This document shows, one piece after another, positions 5,930 through 14,079 of a stretch of DNA of 64,000 nt. The position numbers and the translations under genes are program-made. The notes under the pieces were generated by a model. The model did no database searches. It was given only the letters and a program-made list of their open reading frames with translations, and was not told the DNA's origin. How positions within the stretch are numbered: position 1 is the first letter of the stretch; every line of letters begins with the position of its first letter. The DNA comes from a virus (lineage: Duplodnaviria > Caudoviricetes), in the IMG/VR virus record IMGVR_UViG_3300032330_001252, positions 1 to 64,000 of that record; one strand, given 5' to 3'.

Positions 5930-5999
5930 GTGTTTATTATATCAAATTTTCAGCAAAAAAGTCAAGTGTGTAAAAATACAACATAGGGATAAACACCTA

Positions 6000-6056
6000 T
6001 TGACACGCTCCCAATTATACAAGTATAATTGGCGCCTGTTGCGTTTTCGCAACAGT
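6000..6056 (+). promoter_or_regulatory. Antisense promoter module copy 8, plus hairpin
   Basis: TTGACA-18-TATAAT inside a CCAATTATAC/GTATAATTGG dyad, then GGCGCC and a CTGTTGCG/CGCAACAG hairpin. Confidence 0.7.
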
Positions 6057-6065
6057 CTTTTGTTT

Positions 6066-6398
6066 TCAATTTTTGTCAACGCCCTTGATATAAATATCCT
6101 GCAAATCAAAGTATTCATTCATTTTTATAGCCCATTTTTTAAAATGTTTTCCGTGAATTTCAGCTTTAGAATTTTCTTCTTGCCATGCGTGAATAAGCTC
6201 ATGCGCTAACAAGACCTCAAAAGACCTACCAGACTCCCGAGTGTAAATTGTAATCCTATGCTCTAGCAGTTTGCCAGTCTTATCGGAATAGTGGGGCAAA
6301 TAAAGCCCATCATAGTGTTTATTTTTGCGTGTGTTTATACGCACAACAACAGGCTTTTTCAAGCCCAAAAATTTAGTGAAATCATTTAGTGTTTGCAT
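6066..6398 (-). CDS. SprT-like zinc metallopeptidase, probably leaderless
   Basis: HELIH plus HGKHF; ATG 7 nt after an extended -10 (TGcTATAAT). Confidence 0.65.
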   Translation of the reverse strand: MQTLNDFTKFLGLKKPVVVRINTRKNKHYDGLYLPHYSDKTGKLLEHRITIYTRESGRSFEVLLAHELIHAWQEENSKAEIHGKHFKKWAIKMNEYFDLQDIYIKGVDKN

Positions 6399-6414
6399 GA
6401 GTGTATTATAGCAC

Positions 6415-6443
6415 AAAAAAGAGTAGGGGCATAAAGCCCCTAC
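6415..6443 (-). terminator. Rho-independent terminator
   Basis: GTAGGGGC/GCCCCTAC stem plus U-run after the A2-like gene. Confidence 0.75.
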
Positions 6444-6449
6444 AATCTA

Positions 6450-6773
6450 TCAGGCTTTTTCAGCCTTGATAAATTCTGCAATCTTAGCGAGTGCAGTCTT
6501 ATTCGCTTTGGTCAGCGAATCAGCATCAGCCTCAGTCAAGCCCAATGCTTGAGCGATGAAGTCTGCGAATTCATCCTTCTTCACAACAGCTTCACCAGTC
6601 TTAGTGGTGTAAGTCTTAGCTACATAAACTTTCTCACGCGAAAGTTTAGCAACAACAGAGCGAACAGATTTACCCAAAGCCTCAGCGATGGATTCAACAG
6701 TTCTGCCAGCTTGGTAGTCGGCAACCATGCGAGCAGTTTGCTCGGCAGTATAGTTTACAGTTTTTGCAGTCAT
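6450..6773 (-). CDS. A2: T5 A2-like DNA-binding protein, paralog
   Basis: Closely similar by eye to 2134..2460; AGGAG RBS. Confidence 0.7.
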   Translation of the reverse strand: MTAKTVNYTAEQTARMVADYQAGRTVESIAEALGKSVRSVVAKLSREKVYVAKTYTTKTGEAVVKKDEFADFIAQALGLTEADADSLTKANKTALAKIAEFIKAEKA

Positions 6774-6819
6774 TTAAAAATCTCCTGAAAGGTCAAGGGT
6801 TGAAAGAAAGGTTATTATA

Positions 6820-6915
6820 TCATGGTTTCATGTTGTAAAGATAAAACCACAATGGGGCAAAGGTTATTGCAACAAAGAGTGTAGCTTGTGCTAGGTCAAT
6901 CATTAGTTGTTTCAT
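6820..6915 (-). CDS. 31-aa single-TM peptide (not in the ORF track)
   Basis: MKQLMIDLAQATLFVAITFAPLWFYLYNMKP*; AAGGAA RBS. Confidence 0.5.
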   Translation of the reverse strand: MKQLMIDLAQATLFVAITFAPLWFYLYNMKP

Positions 6916-7205
6916 AGTGTTCCTTGTCATCATGTGTTCTATTATACACGCAAAACAAAAGAAAAACAAGTGTGTGCATAAATACAACATAGGGATAAAT
7001 ACCTATTGACACGGGGGCATCACCTATGCTAGGGGCGGTTATTAGACCATAGTTTTGCCACACGCTACTGGACCCACCCACAGGCGGCCTATATGGGATT
7101 TTTTGGAAAGAGCTTACGGTGCGTATGAAATCCACGCACAGCGTGACCCTAAATTGCCCCAAAACACCCCAATTGCCCAAACCTACCCCCGCATAAAATT
7201 TCAAC

Positions 7206-7235
7206 TTGCCACACCGCCCCTAACCAGTATATAAT
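7206..7235 (+). promoter_or_regulatory. Late promoter upstream of terS
   Basis: TTGCCA-18-TATAAT followed by an AAGGA RBS. Confidence 0.55.
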
Positions 7236-7254
7236 TACACAAAAGGATACCACC

Positions 7255-7728
7255 ATGACTCAAAACCTACCTGCCGAAACTGTTCGAATTGCCCCGGAAG
7301 CACTAGAAGTAGCCAATTGCTACCTACAATTAAATGACCCACGTGCTGTCGCATCGGAACTTGATCTTGATGTTGAAACGGTCACCGAATACCTAAAACG
7401 CCGTGAGGTCAAGGCATATATTGATAGTGTATTTTTTGATTCAGGCTACAACAACCGATTTTTAATGCGACGTGCCATGGACGCCCTTATCAAGCAAAAG
7501 TTTCAAGAACTTGAGGAAGCTGGAGCCGGGTCGCAAAAAGACATTGCTGAACTACTTGCACTATCGCATAAAATGTCAATGGACTTGCTGGACAAAGAAA
7601 TTCAGTTAGAAAAGATTCGTAGTGGCACTGGACCACAAAAGCAAGTAAATGTGCAAATCAATGAGGGTCTAGATGGGTCAAAGTATTCTAAGCTTGTACA
7701 GCAATTGATTACCGGAGAAGGCATATGA
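7255..7728 (+). CDS. terS: Terminase small subunit (T5-like)
   Basis: 157 aa with an N-terminal HTH-like segment; size and position before terL as in T5. Confidence 0.7.
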   Translation: MTQNLPAETVRIAPEALEVANCYLQLNDPRAVASELDLDVETVTEYLKRREVKAYIDSVFFDSGYNNRFLMRRAMDALIKQKFQELEEAGAGSQKDIAELLALSHKMSMDLLDKEIQLEKIRSGTGPQKQVNVQINEGLDGSKYSKLVQQLITGEGI

Positions 7729-8009
7729 AAAAATTCTTAGTGCTAGTACTGTTATTTGCTTGTGTGTCAGCCAATGCACAACATCGTGCATACTATCCGC
7801 ACGGCTACTATCGCCCATACCATGACCACTTACATTGGGTTTTGCCAGCAGTTGTAGGCGGTGTAGTTGTTTATGAAATGACAAAACCACCAGTTATAGT
7901 GCAGCAGCCCGTAGTTATTCAACCACCCCTAGAACTTAACTGCTCCCCTTGGCGTGAAATACAAACCCCCGATGGTAAAATTTACCGCGAAAGAACCTGT
8001 ACCCAATAA
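7725..8009 (+). CDS. Secreted Pro/Val-rich hypothetical protein
   Basis: Signal peptide (MKKFLVLVLLFACVSANA), a second hydrophobic segment and a C-terminal Cys pair. Confidence 0.6.
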   Translation: MKKFLVLVLLFACVSANAQHRAYYPHGYYRPYHDHLHWVLPAVVGGVVVYEMTKPPVIVQQPVVIQPPLELNCSPWREIQTPDGKIYRERTCTQ

Positions 8010-9295
8010 TGCTAACTATTTCTCGCCCAGAAGTTGAGTGTGATGCAATTGTGGAGTTTAAGCCCACTGAGCGTTTTATTAAACTACCAATCGTCAACTA
8101 CCTAAAATTACTGGACATTTATGATACCATAAATCGTCCACAGGTTGCCTTAATCAACGCAGTCAATGACCCCAAGTACCGCTTTATTTGTGCCGCGCTA
8201 GCGCGTCGTTTAGGCAAAACCTACATAGCCAATATTATTGGCCAATTAGTGACCCTTGTGCCTGGGTCAAATGTATTAATCATGTCGCCCAACTATAACC
8301 TATCGGGAATTTCGTTTGAACTGCAACGCAGATTGATCAAACATTTTGACTTAGAAGTTGCACGTGATAACCTAAAAGACAAGATTATTGAATTAGAAAA
8401 TGGATCAACCATTCGCATGGGTTCGATTTCAACAGTTGACTCTTGCGTTGGCCGATCATATGACCTAATCATCTTTGACGAAGCTGCACTTGGTGATGAC
8501 GGTGAAGCAGCCTTTAACGTTGCGCTACGTCCCACACTTGACAAGCCCAATTCAAAGGCTATTTTTATTTCAACACCTCGCGGTCGCAACAATTGGTTCT
8601 CCAGCTTTTACAACCGTGGGTTTGATGACAACTTTCCTGAATGGGTATCGCTACAAGCCGACTACACAGAAAACACTCGCATGGCTGAATCCGATGTAGC
8701 AGAAGCACGCCGTGCTATGTCAAAGGCCGAATTTGAACAAGAATATCTTGCATCATTCACAGTGTTTGAGGGTCAAATTTATGCACTATCGGAAGCATCG
8801 GTTGAAACCATGCCAGAGTCGGTTCGCGGCGAAGCCATTGCTGGTTGCGATCCTGGATACCGCGATGCAACCGCATTTGTGGTAATTGTCTACGACTTTG
8901 CTGCAGACGTTTTCTGGATTGTGGATGAATACTTGGAAGCTGAACGTACTACTGCCCAACACGCAGCCGAGTTTCAACAGCTTTGTTCTCGCTGGGGTGT
9001 TGAGGTTATTTTTATTGACTCGGCCGCAGCACAATTTGCCAGCGACCTGGCTTATCAGTATGATTTGTCAACCACCAAAGCCAAAAAAGATGTGTTACCC
9101 GGAATCGCCTATGTGCAAACACTGGTAGCGCAAGGAAGGTTGAAGATTGCCCCACATTGCCAAAACGTACTGGCCATGTTTGATCAGTATCGCTGGGATC
9201 AGCGTGAGGGACTACAACGGGAACGCCCACTGCACGATGAATATTCGCACATGGCCGATGCTGTTAGATACGCACTTTATACGTACACAGTCTAG
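8009..9295 (+). CDS. terL: Terminase large subunit (T5-like)
   Basis: Walker A ARRLGKT, Walker B IIFDEAA, STPRG motif III, nuclease GCDPG and DAVRY. Confidence 0.95.
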   Translation: MLTISRPEVECDAIVEFKPTERFIKLPIVNYLKLLDIYDTINRPQVALINAVNDPKYRFICAALARRLGKTYIANIIGQLVTLVPGSNVLIMSPNYNLSGISFELQRRLIKHFDLEVARDNLKDKIIELENGSTIRMGSISTVDSCVGRSYDLIIFDEAALGDDGEAAFNVALRPTLDKPNSKAIFISTPRGRNNWFSSFYNRGFDDNFPEWVSLQADYTENTRMAESDVAEARRAMSKAEFEQEYLASFTVFEGQIYALSEASVETMPESVRGEAIAGCDPGYRDATAFVVIVYDFAADVFWIVDEYLEAERTTAQHAAEFQQLCSRWGVEVIFIDSAAAQFASDLAYQYDLSTTKAKKDVLPGIAYVQTLVAQGRLKIAPHCQNVLAMFDQYRWDQREGLQRERPLHDEYSHMADAVRYALYTYTV

Positions 9296-9312
9296 GTAAG
9301 GAAAATATTACC

Positions 9313-9341
9313 TTGACATTTTTCTGCTATTAGAGTATAAT
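9313..9341 (+). promoter_or_regulatory. Consensus sigma70 promoter for dps
   Basis: TTGACA-17bp-TATAAT. Confidence 0.8.
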
Positions 9342-9395
9342 ACTAGTAATTGCAACAAGCATGCTTAGAAAAAGTTCTGGGTGCAAAGGATAACA

Positions 9396-9836
9396 ATGAC
9401 AAAAGACCAATACTCACAAATACTTAAAGTTGCATTTGCATCTGAATTCGCTTTTTACTTAAAGTCTGCTAATTTTCACTGGAATGTAGAAGGTTCAGAC
9501 TTTTACGAGTTTCACTTACTATTTGAAAGAATCTATACTGAAGTGTATGGATCTATTGACACGTTTGCTGAAGAACTACGTGCCGCTCAAATTTACGCAC
9601 CTGCAAGTTTAACTCAAATGAACGAACTAAGTGAAGTAAAAGATGAAACCAATCAGCCAGACGCTCGCGGCATGGCTCAAGAATTGTTAATGGATTCTGA
9701 TATGATGGCTGAAATGTTCCGTATGGCATTTGATGCAGCCGAAGCTATGGGTGACCATGGTTTATCAAACTTCTTGGCAGATCGTCAAGATGCTCACAAA
9801 GCCCATTCATGGATGTTGCGCTCAACATTAAAATAA
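9396..9836 (+). CDS. dps: Dps (DNA-binding ferritin-like) protein
   Basis: NFHWNVEG...FHLLFE...D.FAE ferroxidase signature and HxWML C-terminus; AAGGA RBS before the ATG at 9396. Confidence 0.9.
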   Translation: MTKDQYSQILKVAFASEFAFYLKSANFHWNVEGSDFYEFHLLFERIYTEVYGSIDTFAEELRAAQIYAPASLTQMNELSEVKDETNQPDARGMAQELLMDSDMMAEMFRMAFDAAEAMGDHGLSNFLADRQDAHKAHSWMLRSTLK

Positions 9837-10268
9837 ATGGCAAAGAACACAAACAAACGGATACCAGTAAAATGGGTACGTGATCGAGCTAAAGCAGCTT
9901 ACGAGAAACAAGACCACTGCTGTATCTGTGATACATCCAGCGATCTTGAACTACATCACTTACATTCCGTTACCATACTGTTGGAAAAATGGGCTGAACG
10001 CAAAGGCTATGACATTTCTACCGATGATGGTATTCTAGCTGTGCGAGACGAGTTTATCGCAGAGCATCACGACGAGCTGTATGTGCAGGTTTACACCCTT
10101 TGTAATCCTCACCACGTTGCGCTTCATGGTGTTTATGGTAAAGCTCCAAAACCTGGTAGTGAACCTAAACAGGCTCGATGGATCGAGATACAGCGTGAAA
10201 AACATTTAAATGGTGGGCGTGCTATACCCAAAACAAGTTCAGGTAGTTTTTTCTCAGAATTTATCTAA
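9837..10268 (+). CDS. HNH nicking endonuclease (T5-like)
   Basis: CCIC...LELHH...TLCNPHH; size and position between terL and portal as in T5. Confidence 0.8.
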   Translation: MAKNTNKRIPVKWVRDRAKAAYEKQDHCCICDTSSDLELHHLHSVTILLEKWAERKGYDISTDDGILAVRDEFIAEHHDELYVQVYTLCNPHHVALHGVYGKAPKPGSEPKQARWIEIQREKHLNGGRAIPKTSSGSFFSEFI

Positions 10269-10277
10269 AGGGAAACT

Positions 10278-11462
10278 ATGAACTGGATTCAAAAAAGCAC
10301 TAGCTGGGTACGCGAAAAATTAAACCCAGCACAAGAAAGAATTGCAAACTCTGAGGGTAGTCGGATTACAACTACTGCTAAGATTGGCTATCAAACAGCC
10401 TTTCAAAAGCTAGAATGTGTCAACCGCTCAGTTAACATGGTAGTATCCGCTTGCGCAAGCTTGGACTACGATGTAAAAGACAAAGTAAATGATGGAATTG
10501 TTGCTGGTATTCGCCAAAAGCAACTAAACACTTTATTAAACTTCAGACCTAACCCTTATCAGTCTGCCCAAGAATTTCGCATGGCGATTTTCCAAGACTT
10601 GATACTTGAAGGTAACGTATTCATACACTTTGACGGTGTATTTATGTATCACCTTCCTGCCATTAACGTACAAATTCAGCCAGATACTAAAACGTTTATC
10701 AAAGGCTACTTGTACCAAGGTTTGGTAGAGTTTAAAGAATCTGAAGTATTCCACTTTAAAGATATTAACTCTAAGTCTATCTATCGCGGTAGTTCTAGAC
10801 TTGAGTCTGCAGATCAGTCGATTAATCTACTGTATGCAATGAAAGACTTTCAAGACAACTTCTTTGATAATGGAGCCGTATTTGGACTAGTATTAACTAG
10901 CGATAATACTCTTTCACAAGTTGCCAAAGAAAAAACCATTCAATATTGGTTACAAAGATATAGTGCCAAAGGCGGCGGTAAGCGCCCAGTTATTTTAGAT
11001 AGCGGACTTAAGCCACACTCTATATCAAACACAAGTTTTAAAGACATGGATTTTGATCTTTCGATGAATACCCATGCTCAAACTATTATGCAAGCTATTG
11101 GCGTTCCACCAATCTTATTGGAAGGCGGAAACAATGCTAACATCAGCCCAAACTTAAGACTATTCTATTTAGAAACTGTAATGCCTATTGTTAGACGTTT
11201 TACGTCAGCACTAGAAAGATATTACGGTTACGATATAGAAGCAATCACAAGCTCAGTTTCCGCATTACAACCAGAATTAAAAGATATTGCTGCATACCAC
11301 TCAACACTAGTTAATGCAGGAATTATTACTGCAAACGAAGCACGACAAGAATTACGTTATCCTGTTATTTCAGGTCATGACGATTTAAGAATACCAGCTA
11401 ATATTGCTGGTTCGGCTGCTAACCCAGCTCAGGGAGGACGTCCCGCCTCCAATAAAGAATAA
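10278..11462 (+). CDS. Portal protein (HK97/T5 pb7-like)
   Basis: PNPYQSA..F, GN.F, GVPP.LL and TANEAR motifs; 394 aa. Confidence 0.9.
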   Translation: MNWIQKSTSWVREKLNPAQERIANSEGSRITTTAKIGYQTAFQKLECVNRSVNMVVSACASLDYDVKDKVNDGIVAGIRQKQLNTLLNFRPNPYQSAQEFRMAIFQDLILEGNVFIHFDGVFMYHLPAINVQIQPDTKTFIKGYLYQGLVEFKESEVFHFKDINSKSIYRGSSRLESADQSINLLYAMKDFQDNFFDNGAVFGLVLTSDNTLSQVAKEKTIQYWLQRYSAKGGGKRPVILDSGLKPHSISNTSFKDMDFDLSMNTHAQTIMQAIGVPPILLEGGNNANISPNLRLFYLETVMPIVRRFTSALERYYGYDIEAITSSVSALQPELKDIAAYHSTLVNAGIITANEARQELRYPVISGHDDLRIPANIAGSAANPAQGGRPASNKE

Positions 11463-11473
11463 CAAGGGGTAAT

Positions 11474-13420
11474 ATGGTAGATAAAAACAAGGTACTCACG
11501 CTTACGAGTACATTCACAAAAAGTAACGAACTACCTACCAAAAGCGATATTATTGAGTCAATCACTATCGAAGGGTACGCAAGTACTACTGATATTGACA
11601 GACACGGTGATGTTGTACCAGCCAGTGTTTGGGAAGCGGGTATGGAGAATTACTTGAAGAATCCAGTAATTCTAGCCTATCACGAACATTGCGAACCAAT
11701 CGGTAGGATGGTGGAACACAGAATTGACGAAAAGGGATTATGGATCAAAGCCAGAATCTCGGCAGCAGCAGAGGATGTGTTCAATCTTGTAAAAGACGGC
11801 GTATTAACTGCATTTAGCATTGGCTTCCGCATCGTTGATGCAGAATACAATTCAGCTGCAGAGCTGTTTGTAGTAAAAGAACTGGAATTGCACGAAATCT
11901 CTGTTGTGTCAGTGCCAGCAAATCAAAATACAATTTTCAGTCTTTCTAAAGCATTTAATACTGCTGAAGAATTTAAATCTTTCAAAATGCAATTTGCACC
12001 CAAAAGCGAATCAGCTAAAGGGCTAGAATCCTCTACGGAAGCAAAGAGCGATATTAATAAGGAATGGAACATCATGGATCCAAAAGAATTAGAACAAATG
12101 TTGGCTAAGGCTGCTGCTTCAGCTGCTGAGCAAACTGCAAAAGCAATTGCTGACCAACAAGCAAAATCTGCTGCTGAAGAAGCCGCAAAACAAAAAGCAC
12201 AAGCTGAATTTGACGAAAAAGTTAAAGCAGCTGTTATTAGCAGCGGTCAATCCGGTGCAGAAAAACTATTGGCTGAAGTTGAGAAGCGCCTAGCTGACCA
12301 ACAAGAGTCAAGCAAGACAGTATTAGCTGGTCTAGAAGCTGCTCTAAAAGAGAAAGCTGCTGAGATCGAAGCAATCACTAAGTCTAAAATGTCTTTCCAA
12401 GACAGCAAAGACGGTATGTCTTATGCTGACAAAGAGAAGGCTGTTATGTTATCTAAGATGGCCGGTAAGTCTATCGACGGTACAAAACTAGGTCGTGAAC
12501 TAGTACAAAAGTACGGTGCACACGTTCCTTCAGCCACATGGGAATTAGAAGTTTCTTTAAATCTAGAATCTGAAGTTCGTCGTCGTTTAGTTGTTGCTCC
12601 AATCTTCCGCAACATTGCTATGCAAACTAACGTAATGACAATTCCAGTAAATCCAGAAGCAGGTACTGCTACTTGGGTTACTAACGCTGACTTTGGCGCC
12701 GTTCCTGCTACTCTAGGTGCAGCTGGTGCTTCTGCTGGTAACACAGCTACTCACGCGCTAAAAGAGATTACTCTAAACGCATACAAACTAGCTACAAACG
12801 AGTACACAGCATACGAAGAAGAAGAAGATTCTTTAATTGCTTTAATGCCAATCATTCGTGATGGTATGATCCGTCGTGTTGCTCGCGCTGTTGACAAGGC
12901 ATTCTTGTTAGGTGCTGGTTCTGGTTCTGACCCTGTTAAAGGTCTTTCTAACTGGGCTACTAACACCACTGCTACAGGTAACACAGTTGCCGCAGGTATG
13001 ACAGTTGCTAAGATGCGTACTCTACGTCAAGGTCTTGGTGCATGGGGTCTAGATCCACAAGAAGTTATTTATATCGTTAACACCGATACATACTACCAAT
13101 TACTAGAAGACACAGTGTTCCAAACTATGAACCAAGTTGGTACACAAGCTACATTACTAACTGGCCAGATCGGTCAAATCGGTGGTAGCCCAGTTCTAGT
13201 ATCTGCAGAATTTGCTACTCCAGCTTCTGGCGTTGCAGGTGCAATCTGCTTGAACCCAGGTAACTTCATTGTTGGTAACCAACGCGGTCTACGCATTGAT
13301 ACACAAGAATTAGTTGAAACACAACGTCGTGTAATGGTAGCTAGCCTACGTACAGGTATGACACGTGTTACTACTAACCTAGGTAACGCTGTTACAGCAC
13401 ACAAGTACACAGCATCTTAA
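11474..13420 (+). CDS. Prohead protease fused in frame to an HK97-fold major capsid protein
   Basis: N-terminal IEGYAST..D, LAYH, FSIGF and EISVVSVPAN protease motifs, then a coiled-coil delta region and capsid body; internal AAGGA RBS before the ATG at 12074. Confidence 0.9.
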   Translation: MVDKNKVLTLTSTFTKSNELPTKSDIIESITIEGYASTTDIDRHGDVVPASVWEAGMENYLKNPVILAYHEHCEPIGRMVEHRIDEKGLWIKARISAAAEDVFNLVKDGVLTAFSIGFRIVDAEYNSAAELFVVKELELHEISVVSVPANQNTIFSLSKAFNTAEEFKSFKMQFAPKSESAKGLESSTEAKSDINKEWNIMDPKELEQMLAKAAASAAEQTAKAIADQQAKSAAEEAAKQKAQAEFDEKVKAAVISSGQSGAEKLLAEVEKRLADQQESSKTVLAGLEAALKEKAAEIEAITKSKMSFQDSKDGMSYADKEKAVMLSKMAGKSIDGTKLGRELVQKYGAHVPSATWELEVSLNLESEVRRRLVVAPIFRNIAMQTNVMTIPVNPEAGTATWVTNADFGAVPATLGAAGASAGNTATHALKEITLNAYKLATNEYTAYEEEEDSLIALMPIIRDGMIRRVARAVDKAFLLGAGSGSDPVKGLSNWATNTTATGNTVAAGMTVAKMRTLRQGLGAWGLDPQEVIYIVNTDTYYQLLEDTVFQTMNQVGTQATLLTGQIGQIGGSPVLVSAEFATPASGVAGAICLNPGNFIVGNQRGLRIDTQELVETQRRVMVASLRTGMTRVTTNLGNAVTAHKYTAS

Positions 13421-13440
13421 TTAATTAAGTTGTTGATATT

Positions 13441-13466
13441 GACAGGGCTTTCGAGCCCTGTCTTTT
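13441..13466 (+). terminator. Terminator after the capsid gene
   Basis: GACAGGGCT-TTCG-AGCCCTGTC-TTTT. Confidence 0.85.
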
Positions 13467-13509
13467 AAGTGGATTCATCGAGTCTACTTAAAAGACAAGA
13501 GAGGTAAAC

Positions 13510-14079
13510 ATGGGATTAAATCTTACAAGCAAAGCAGACTATAAAGCCTATGCTGGAATTAAAAGTACTAACGAAGACGCTGCTATTGATTTTATCATTC
13601 CCAAAGTTTCGGACTTAGTTAAAAATTATTGCGGCAGAACTTTTGTAGATCATTGGGAAACACCCAAAACTGAAATTTTCAATGGCGGAGTAAAGAAATT
13701 TATTCTAGCGGAAACACCAATCGTAAATATTACTAGCGTTCAAGGAAGCACAGACTTTGGTCAAACTTGGACTGATTTAGAACAATATAAAGAGTGGGTT
13801 AAAGAAGACGATACAGTATTAAGTTTAAATGCTACTGGCTATTTCCCTAAATGGATTAGAGGCTATAAAGTAGTTTATACCGCAGGATACAATGATGTAC
13901 CTGCAGATTTAGAAATGGCAGTTTTAGACTTAGTTACTTACTATCGTAGACATGATAGTGCAGTTCATAGTTCTAAGAACGTTGGTAGTAATACCGTACA
14001 GATTGAGTATATCTCAACTACTAGCCTACCAGCGCACATTCGACGTGTATTAGACTTATATAGAGCGGACTTTACATAA
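13510..14079 (+). CDS. Head completion / head-tail connector (T5 p144-like)
   Basis: YKAY, V.YTAGY..VP.DL.MA motifs; position. Confidence 0.75.
   Translation: MGLNLTSKADYKAYAGIKSTNEDAAIDFIIPKVSDLVKNYCGRTFVDHWETPKTEIFNGGVKKFILAETPIVNITSVQGSTDFGQTWTDLEQYKEWVKEDDTVLSLNATGYFPKWIRGYKVVYTAGYNDVPADLEMAVLDLVTYYRRHDSAVHSSKNVGSNTVQIEYISTTSLPAHIRRVLDLYRADFT

Noticed and set aside
1930-6060. Repeated palindromic modules read as a CRISPR array
   Set aside because: Copies are 600-1200 bp apart with whole genes between them, vary in sequence, and contain promoter hexamers; no cas genes are present
219-7204. Plus-strand and alternative-frame ORFs in the pre-early region (e.g. 219..401, 1101..1439, 1375..1605, 1667..1852, 1896..2111, 2728..2964, 5913..6209, 6896..7204)
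   Set aside because: These are shadows of real opposite-strand genes or run through promoter and repeat modules; no RBS or motifs
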